DNA of 64,000 bases from Candidatus Fermentithermobacillaceae bacterium (GTDB taxonomy: Bacteria; Bacillota; Sulfobacillia; Fermentithermobacillales; Fermentithermobacillaceae): assembly GCA_012842685.1 (NCBI GenBank), contig DUSI01000010.1, forward strand, positions 23,988 to 87,987, written 5' to 3'. The stretch's first letter is position 1. The number at the start of each line of letters is the position of its first letter. The notes under the pieces were generated by a model. That model was not told the origin of the DNA. It did not search any database and saw only the letters and a list, made by a program, of their open reading frames with translations. Made by a program: the position numbers and the translations under genes. Of the stretch, positions 57,722-64,000 are shown piece after piece.

Positions 57722-59315
57722 GAAGCCGGGACTCGACAGGGGGACGCGACTCCTCCTTGAGATGGGGAGGATCACCCGGGACAACCAGGGGAGAGACGAT
57801 GCCCTGGCCAGGATCGCCGGGCTTGTCCTCAAGAGATTCAGGGTCGACGCGGTCTCCATCCTCGTATACGACCAGTCATCCCGTTCCGCGTATGTCTCCG
57901 CCTCGACAGGCGTGAGGGACGACAGGCTCATCATATCTCCGGACATCACCCTGAGGGTGACGGGAGATTCTCTCTTGGCAGCGGTGCTCCGCTCACCCGA
58001 TAGGCCGCTGCTCGTCAGGGAGCGCCGCGGGGACCCCGTCCTCGGCGAATGGCCCTTCGACGCCGTGATTGCCGTCCCCATGGTTTCTACGGAAGACGTA
58101 ACCGGCTTTATGCTCCTGGCGGGGAGCCAGAGGATCCTCTCGAGGCTCTCGCCCGACCTCCTGATGGCGGTGGCGGGACACGCGTCCATCATCGCCGACA
58201 GGGCCCACCTCACGGAGAGCCTCCGGCGGACCGACGAACAGTACAGGGTGTTTGCCGAAAACGCCCAGGATATGGTGTTTATCCTCGACGGAGGCGGGCG
58301 CTTCCTTTACGTGAACCCGGTCTCGAGGGAGATCTTGGGGTACGAGCCCGAGGAGATGATCGGCAGGTATTTCGGCGAGTTCGTGACCCCCGAATCCTGG
58401 GCCGCCACCACGGCGGAAGTCAAGAAGGCCGCGTCGAAGAGGCAGAAAACCGTCGAGTATACCTGGGTTATCCAGCGGAAGGACGGCGAGTACGCCACAT
58501 TGCACGTAAGGGCCTCGCTCATATACAGGGACTTTGACTTATACAGGCACCAGGGTATAGCGAGGGAGCCTTCCGTAGAGAACCGCCTCAAGGAGCAGCT
58601 GGCGAAGCAGGGGATGGAGCTCAGCCAGTCCAGGTCCCGCGTGGAGAGGATGCGCGAGTACCTGGCGGTTGCGAACCGGGCCCAGGAGGAAGAACGGGCC
58701 AGGATAGCCCGGGATATTCACGACGGGGCGGTGCAGTACCTGGTAGCCTTGAGGAGGCGTCTCGACCTGTTTGGGAGGGAGTACCTGAAGGGCTCGCCTT
58801 CTGAGTCGGGCAGAAAGGCCCTCGAGGACATGGACTCACTTCTCGATACCGCCATACAGGACCTCAGGGAATTCGCGCGCAACCTGCGCCCGCCTGTCTT
58901 GGACGACTTTGGCCTCGTGTCTGCCTGCGAGTGGCTCGCCGAGCAGACCGCCAAGGAAGGGATAAGCGTGGTCTTTGCGCCCTCGGGAGACATAAGGCGT
59001 CTCTCAGGTGAGGTTGAGGTGACCGCTTTCCGCATCGTCCAGGAGGCCCTGGCGAACGCGGTCAAGCATTCGCGGGCCACACAGGTGGAGGTCGGCCTCG
59101 AGTTCCTGGAAGACACCCTCCTCATCACCGTGCGCGACAACGGCCGGGGGTTTGAACTCCCCGAAGGCGTGGGTGCCTTCGGGAGGGCCGGCCAGATGGG
59201 CCTCGTGGGCATGTTTGAGCGGGCCGAGATGATGGGCGGCAGCATCGATCTCCAGTCCGCCCTGGGAAAGGGTACCGTCCTTACGGTAAGCATACCTCTC
59301 GTGGACCGGGCCTGA
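57696..59315 (+). CDS. cytoplasmic sensor histidine kinase (GAF + PAS + HisKA_3 + HATPase)
   Basis: RIARDIHDGAVQYLVAL H-box (HisKA_3); PAS (VFILDGGGRFLYVNPVSREILGYEPEEMIG); HATPase_c motifs at the C-terminus. Confidence 0.85.
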   Translation: MEARQVGRRKPGLDRGTRLLLEMGRITRDNQGRDDALARIAGLVLKRFRVDAVSILVYDQSSRSAYVSASTGVRDDRLIISPDITLRVTGDSLLAAVLRSPDRPLLVRERRGDPVLGEWPFDAVIAVPMVSTEDVTGFMLLAGSQRILSRLSPDLLMAVAGHASIIADRAHLTESLRRTDEQYRVFAENAQDMVFILDGGGRFLYVNPVSREILGYEPEEMIGRYFGEFVTPESWAATTAEVKKAASKRQKTVEYTWVIQRKDGEYATLHVRASLIYRDFDLYRHQGIAREPSVENRLKEQLAKQGMELSQSRSRVERMREYLAVANRAQEEERARIARDIHDGAVQYLVALRRRLDLFGREYLKGSPSESGRKALEDMDSLLDTAIQDLREFARNLRPPVLDDFGLVSACEWLAEQTAKEGISVVFAPSGDIRRLSGEVEVTAFRIVQEALANAVKHSRATQVEVGLEFLEDTLLITVRDNGRGFELPEGVGAFGRAGQMGLVGMFERAEMMGGSIDLQSALGKGTVLTVSIPLVDRA

Positions 59316-59510
59316 ACTCCCGCGGTAGCGTACCCCTTACTGTTCATCGTGCTCATCGCGCATCGTATGGTTCCTATCTTTGCTTCGTTCTATGTGCGCC
59401 TGTTTTGGCGTACGCAGAAATGCTTACCTCCGGCTCAGCCACTTTGCCGAGGTGGGGTTTTCCCTCCAGAAGTAGGATATCCGTGAAGAAACGGCGCGGA
59501 GGGATACGCG

Positions 59511-60101
59511 ATGATAGCCGAAGAACTGCTCCTGGCAAGAAAGGCATCCCTGGGCGATCACGAGGCCTTTGAAAACATATACAGAGCGTACTACAAGCAA
59601 ATACTCTGGCATGTCACCCGGATAGTAGGGAACCGTCTGGACGCCGAAGACCTCACACAAGAAGTCTTCCTCAAGGCATACCAGTTCATGGGTACATATT
59701 CCGGCCAGGCAAACCTCGGACGGTGGCTGCGCAGGATCGCCACGAACACATGCATCGACCAGATGAGAAAGAAGTCCCTGCCCACTGTGGCCTGGCCCAC
59801 AGTCCAGTCCAAAGACGGCGACGAACAGATGGTAGATTTCCCCGACGATGCCCTATCGCCCCACGAGATGGCCGAGTCCAACGAGGGCGAGAGCGCCATC
59901 TTGGAAGAGATAAACCGCTTGCCCGAGTACTACCGCAAGGTCGTTGTGCTCTACGACGTGATGGAGAAGTCCGGAGAGGAGGTCGCCAGGGAGGCTTCCT
60001 GCCCCATCGGTACCGTGAAGTCCAGGCTCTCCAGGGCCCACAAGATCCTGCGAGACGCGTTTGAGTCGAGGGAGATCCGGGCGACGCGGGCCGGCGCGTG
60101 A
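59511..60101 (+). CDS. ECF-type RNA polymerase sigma-70 factor
   Basis: region 2 (DAEDLTQEVFLKAY) and region 4 HTH (EVAREASCPIGTVKSRLSRA). Confidence 0.85.
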   Translation: MIAEELLLARKASLGDHEAFENIYRAYYKQILWHVTRIVGNRLDAEDLTQEVFLKAYQFMGTYSGQANLGRWLRRIATNTCIDQMRKKSLPTVAWPTVQSKDGDEQMVDFPDDALSPHEMAESNEGESAILEEINRLPEYYRKVVVLYDVMEKSGEEVAREASCPIGTVKSRLSRAHKILRDAFESREIRATRAGA

Positions 60102-60266
60102 TGGGCGACTGGGCTGGCCGGGAGGCTCAAGCCGCCGTGCCGTCACAAGGGGAGAATGTCCGGAGGGGCCATGCGAATAGGATGGACTGGGAGTTGATCG
60201 GCTATAGCCATTCCAGGATGGGATCCGGGCACGCCCAGGACGAGGGGCCTAACGCTCTACCTCGTC

Positions 60267-61571
60267 GTGTTTGGGATTCTCTTGGCCTGCGTTTCCATGG
60301 CGGGCTATGTACTCATCTGGCCGGGCACGACGGTTCTGGACATAGACGTGGGAGGGCTGACTCTCCGTTCGGCGGAATCCCTCCTGGCCGAGAAGCTGCG
60401 CTGGGAAACCAGGAGCGTTACCTTCACCGGAAATGGCCGCGAGATAGCGCTCTCACTTCAAGAAGACCTGGGGATTGCCCCTGATATAAGCGCCACCGTC
60501 CGATCGTGCATGCGCCCTATCTGGCGCGCCTTTAGCGGCAGGCGGATCCCCCTTCGCGTGGTCGTGGACCGGGAGAAGCTCGCCGCGTGTATCTCCAGCC
60601 TCGCTTCCTTTTTCGATGTCCCTGCAAGAGACGCGTCTTTCCACATAGACTCCGGGGACAGCGTTACCGTAATCCCCCATGTGATGGGGAAATCGCTGGA
60701 TGTATCTTTCCTCGAGTCCTTTTTCGGAGAGGCTTTCTGGCACTCTGTGCCCGAGCGGTTTGCCTTGGAATTCCTGGACATAGAGCCCCGGGTTAAGGCA
60801 GAGGATCTTGAGGCTTACCTGCCCCTCGAGATCATAGCGAGCTACACGACTTACTACTCCACCTCTGCGGCTGGCAGGGCTCACAATATCGCGCTCGCCG
60901 CGTCGAGCATTGGCGAACTCGTGATCTGGCCCGGTGAGACCTTCTCGTTCAACGAGACGGTGGGACCGCGGACACCCGAGAGGGGCTACCGGAAAGCGCC
61001 CGTCATCGTCGGGGAGAGATATGAAGACGACTACGGGGGAGGAGTCTGCCAGGTCTCGACGACCGCCTATGTGGCCATGCTCCAGGCGGGCTTTTCCATC
61101 AGGGAGCGTTACTGTCACGGGCTTCCCGTGGACTACGTGCCTCTGGGGCTCGACGCCACCGTGGCCTGGGACTACCTCGACCTCAAGATGACAAACCCGG
61201 GGCCATGCCCGTGCATCTTGAGGGCCAGGGTCACGGGTGGCGCCCTTACGGTGGATGTATTCGGAAAGAGGATACCGGGGCTCAAGATAGAGGTGGAATC
61301 CCGGATACTCCAAGAGATCCCTGCAGTGCAGCCTTCCCAGCCAGCGCCTCAGCAGGCGCCGGGTACGGATGCGGCTCAGGAGCCCGGTGAGGGCGCGGGC
61401 TCAGGGCCGGGACAGGGGACTTCAGCGCCCGGCGGGGACGGGACGCCTCAAACGCCCGCGCTGAGGCCCGGCTACCTGGTTGAGACGATAAGGCGCTACA
61501 TAAGAAACGGGGTCGTCGAGAAGGTAGAGAGGCTGAACACCAGCAGCTACCCTCCCGAAAGACCCCGCTAG
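60267..61571 (+). CDS. VanW-family protein with an N-terminal TM anchor and a Pro/Gly-rich C-terminal tail
   Basis: VanW core (GETFSFNETVGPRT...GGGVCQVSTTAY); GTG start. Confidence 0.8.
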   Translation: MFGILLACVSMAGYVLIWPGTTVLDIDVGGLTLRSAESLLAEKLRWETRSVTFTGNGREIALSLQEDLGIAPDISATVRSCMRPIWRAFSGRRIPLRVVVDREKLAACISSLASFFDVPARDASFHIDSGDSVTVIPHVMGKSLDVSFLESFFGEAFWHSVPERFALEFLDIEPRVKAEDLEAYLPLEIIASYTTYYSTSAAGRAHNIALAASSIGELVIWPGETFSFNETVGPRTPERGYRKAPVIVGERYEDDYGGGVCQVSTTAYVAMLQAGFSIRERYCHGLPVDYVPLGLDATVAWDYLDLKMTNPGPCPCILRARVTGGALTVDVFGKRIPGLKIEVESRILQEIPAVQPSQPAPQQAPGTDAAQEPGEGAGSGPGQGTSAPGGDGTPQTPALRPGYLVETIRRYIRNGVVEKVERLNTSSYPPERPR

Positions 61572-61652
61572 AACTCGCTTTCGAGGAGACCGGGCCCTCC
61601 CGAGCCTTGGGCCCGGTTCGGACGTCTGCTGCCTCCTCTTCAGCTTAGGTCT

Positions 61653-62753
61653 CTATAGCCCTCTGCACTCCCTGTCGCCCGGGAGCATCCATTCGATCTT
61701 CTCAGGCAGTCTGATGACGAACTCCCTGAGGAGCCTGAGCGCCGCGTCGGCGTCCCTGAGGTCTATGAGCTCGACGGGGGAGTGGGAATACCGTCTGGGT
61801 ATCGTTACCGCGGCCGAGGGGATGCCAGACCTGGAGAGGTGCATGGCGGTTGCGTCGGTGTTTCCGCCGGTGAAGAGCACTGGTTGGTAGGGGAGCCCCG
61901 CTTCTTTCGCCGTCTTCTCGAGCATGGAGAACACGGTGGTATCCGCCACCATCCCCCTCGCCCCGCCACCTGAGGTAACCTGCAAGACGGGTCCGAGCCC
62001 TATCCCCACCGGGAGCTCTTTGGTGAAGTTTATCTCAGGCGTATCTCCCGAGGGGACCGTATCCAGGGCTATGGCGATGTCGGGGTTCACCTCGAAAGCC
62101 GCGACGGTCGCTCCGCGCAGGCCGATTTCCTCCTGGACGGTGATTACGCAGTGGAGCTCTCCTCTGAATTCTCTATCTTTGAGGGATTCGAGGAGGGCCA
62201 GCATGACGGCGCACCCTACGCGGTCATCCAGGGCCTTGGAAACGAGGAGATCCTCCGACATGAAAGTGGGCGGAGATACGAACGTGATGGGCGTCCCGAC
62301 CATGATCCCCATGGACAGGACTTCTTCTTGCGACCTGGCTCCGACATCTATGTAGAGTTCTGTGTGCTTTTTGACTTCTGAGCGCTCTTTTTCGGACGAG
62401 AGGTGGCCGGCCTTTACTCCTATGACGCCTATGTGCCCGGCCAGGCTCACCACGCGGCCGGGGAGCAGGTTGTCTCCGACCCCGCCCATTTTCTCAAAGC
62501 GGATGAAGCCGTTTTTCTCGATGCTTTTTACTATGAGGCCGATCTCGTCGGAGTGGGCCGCGATCATGACTTTGGGACCGGGCTTTCCTCGCTTCACGGT
62601 GAAGATGTTCCCCATGGGGTCGACCCGGATTTCATCTACCAGAGGCTTCATGGCCTCGACCATGTAGCGTATGACTGCCCCCTCGCGTCCCGAGACGCCA
62701 GAGAGGGTGAGGAGGGGAAGCAGGTGTTTTTTGATCAGCTCGCGGTCGGACAA
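61653..62753 (-). CDS. M42-family metallo-aminopeptidase (second paralog)
   Basis: LLTLSGVSGREGAV, IAAHSDEIGLIV; TTG start 9 nt after AAAGGAG (the track TTG start at 62852 would overlap the downstream promoter). Confidence 0.85.
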   Translation of the reverse strand: MSDRELIKKHLLPLLTLSGVSGREGAVIRYMVEAMKPLVDEIRVDPMGNIFTVKRGKPGPKVMIAAHSDEIGLIVKSIEKNGFIRFEKMGGVGDNLLPGRVVSLAGHIGVIGVKAGHLSSEKERSEVKKHTELYIDVGARSQEEVLSMGIMVGTPITFVSPPTFMSEDLLVSKALDDRVGCAVMLALLESLKDREFRGELHCVITVQEEIGLRGATVAAFEVNPDIAIALDTVPSGDTPEINFTKELPVGIGLGPVLQVTSGGGARGMVADTTVFSMLEKTAKEAGLPYQPVLFTGGNTDATAMHLSRSGIPSAAVTIPRRYSHSPVELIDLRDADAALRLLREFVIRLPEKIEWMLPGDRECRGL

Positions 62754-62819
62754 CTGGCATGCTCCTTTCGCTTTTGTCTCAGGTCGGATTTCTAGATCAG
62801 CCGCCTTCTCACCTCCATA

Positions 62820-62880
62820 TTGACTTCTAGCCCGCTCGGGGATAATATACAAACAAGTGTTCTATACGAACAGGTGATCG
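62820..62880 (+). promoter_or_regulatory. sigma-A promoter TTGACT-N17-TAATAT followed by a Cheo-like LexA box (CGAACAGGTGATCG, 13/14 to CGAACRNRYGTTCG) overlapping the RBS of the imuB-like gene
   Basis: hexamers at 62820-62825 and 62843-62848; box 62867-62880; also GTTC-N4-CGAAC at 62859-62871. Confidence 0.45.
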
Positions 62881-62883
62881 ACA

Positions 62884-64000
62884 ATGGGACGTATATTATA
62901 CCTTAAATTCCTGGGGGCTCGAGCAATCCAGGAAGCCAAAAAACAAGACTTAAGCTGCGAAAAACCGCTGGCGATCCTCGAGCGGGATCTGGTTTTGGAC
63001 TGCAACGAAAAAGCGTGGGACGACGGGGTAAGGCCGGGAGATACTCTCAGGCAGGCCAGGATAGCATCCCCTATGTGTCGTGTCCTCAGGGTGGGCGGCA
63101 TAGGCGGAGAGCACCTCGAGGATATCCTGGAGGCTCTGGCCAAAATCAGCCCTTACATAGAACCTTCCCCGGATCAAAACGGCGTGTTTGTAGATATCCC
63201 TCATGATTCCGCCCCGGAGGAGATCCTGGATCTCTTGGGCGGCCTGTACTTCTGCGCTTTCGCGGGGCTGAGCTCCTCAAAGCTCGTATCCCGGGCGGTT
63301 TGCGACCTTCTTATGAAAGAGTACCTGGGGCGGGGGAAGGTATCTGCGGGAAATACCCTGTGGGGTTCAGTACGCTATGAGGCGTCAAGAAGCGCCCCGC
63401 AAAGAGAAGGACAAGAGGGTGAAGATGGCGGGCGGACGGGCAGCCGGGTAGTGGCCGTGGTAACGGCCGGAAGAGAAAAGGCTTTCCTCGCTTGGGCTCC
63501 CTTGGACTCCCTGTGGATGGCTCCTACGGAGATCTTGTCGGCCCTTAAGTCTCTGGGGCTCAAGAAGGTCAGGGATTTGCGCGAAGTACCGGTATCCGCC
63601 CTGGCGGAGCACATAGGCGACTGGGCCTACATGGTTAAGAGGTGGGCAGATGGAGAAGAGCGTTCTCGAGTACAGGCCCTTTACCCGCCGCCTACCCTGT
63701 CTAGAGAGGTAAATTTCATCGAACCTGTCCCGCTTCAAAAGGAGCTGTTCCACGGCGTGCTCAAGGATCTGGCGGCCTGCCTTATTGAGAAAGGGGTCGG
63801 GTTTAAGACCCTGAGGCTCTCCTTATCGGGCGATTTCCAGATGTTTTCGGGAAATCCGTCGGGCGAGAGGAAGTTCGTGAGGCCCGTGGCTTCCCTCGAC
63901 GTCATGCGAGCTGCCGTGGATGCCATAGTCGAAAGTATCCTGAAAGACATTTCTCCTGATTCCGTGCCGGCAATATCCGGTTTCAGCATCGAGCTCGGCG
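62884..64000 (+). CDS. ImuB-like catalytically inactive Y-family DNA polymerase (3' end beyond window)
   Basis: Open frame with no stop to the window edge, absent from the ORF track because it is unterminated. Y-family blocks align to DinB (VRPGDTLRQARIASP; IEPSPDQNGVFVDIP; AFAGLSSSKL; HhH LDSLWMAPTEILSALKSLGLKKVRDL). The catalytic Asp/Glu are replaced (MGRILYLKFLGA for HVDMDCFFAA; DQNG for LDEAY). Confidence 0.65.
   Translation, partial: MGRILYLKFLGARAIQEAKKQDLSCEKPLAILERDLVLDCNEKAWDDGVRPGDTLRQARIASPMCRVLRVGGIGGEHLEDILEALAKISPYIEPSPDQNGVFVDIPHDSAPEEILDLLGGLYFCAFAGLSSSKLVSRAVCDLLMKEYLGRGKVSAGNTLWGSVRYEASRSAPQREGQEGEDGGRTGSRVVAVVTAGREKAFLAWAPLDSLWMAPTEILSALKSLGLKKVRDLREVPVSALAEHIGDWAYMVKRWADGEERSRVQALYPPPTLSREVNFIEPVPLQKELFHGVLKDLAACLIEKGVGFKTLRLSLSGDFQMFSGNPSGERKFVRPVASLDVMRAAVDAIVESILKDISPDSVPAISGFSIELG

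Noticed and set aside
60098-60484. ORF after the ECF sigma as an anti-sigma factor
   Set aside because: It has no TM segment and no zf-HC2 or RskA features, it overlaps the VanW gene, and its composition is atypical.
1-64000. CRISPR arrays, rRNA/tRNA genes, IS elements or integrases
   Set aside because: No direct-repeat/spacer periodicity, no tRNA cloverleaf candidates in the intergenic regions examined, and no transposase or integrase motifs in any frame.

Overview
A high-GC (~60%) bacterial chromosomal segment with a Gram-positive/Firmicutes-like gene repertoire: a YmaF-family protein, an Hfs-type hydrogen-sensing module, a Cheo-type SOS box, and frequent TTG/GTG start codons. Around 65 protein-coding genes are supportable. 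No rRNA, tRNA, CRISPR array or mobile element was seen. Housekeeping genes include leuS, purA, cysS, ndk, folD plus an FTCD-like cyclodeaminase, surE, speH (SAM decarboxylase), lysA, a divergent ychF paralog, two M42 aminopeptidases, and a MoxR/DUF58/DUF4129 triad. Accessory content includes the following. (i) 8.7-17.2 kb: a cobalamin-binding mutase-like fusion protein, a SelA-like PLP enzyme with a small partner subunit, a P-loop protein, a class-V PLP enzyme, an SDR and a wHTH+FCD regulator. I judge this the best candidate in the window for an undescribed B12/PLP-dependent catabolic system. (ii) A sensory [FeFe]-hydrogenase (HfsB-like, PAS-fused), a NuoE-like 2Fe-2S protein and a PP2C phosphatase, with an XRE-cupin regulator. 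(iii) An extracytoplasmic protein with three FMN-binding (flavinylation) domains created by an internal tandem duplication, followed by a NarL-type two-component system. (iv) A catalytically inactive ImuB-like Y-family polymerase, truncated by the window end, behind a strong sigma-A promoter and a Cheo-like LexA box. (v) A LacI-HTH::ribokinase fusion overlapping a nucleoside hydrolase gene. (vi) A DnaQ-exonuclease::DinG-like protein with a degenerate Walker A motif. Several promoters, terminators and a large perfect inverted repeat are also noted. All functional calls are by motif recognition from translation, since no database search could be run. Coordinates of starts were re-derived from RBS spacing where the ORF track's first Met looked wrong.
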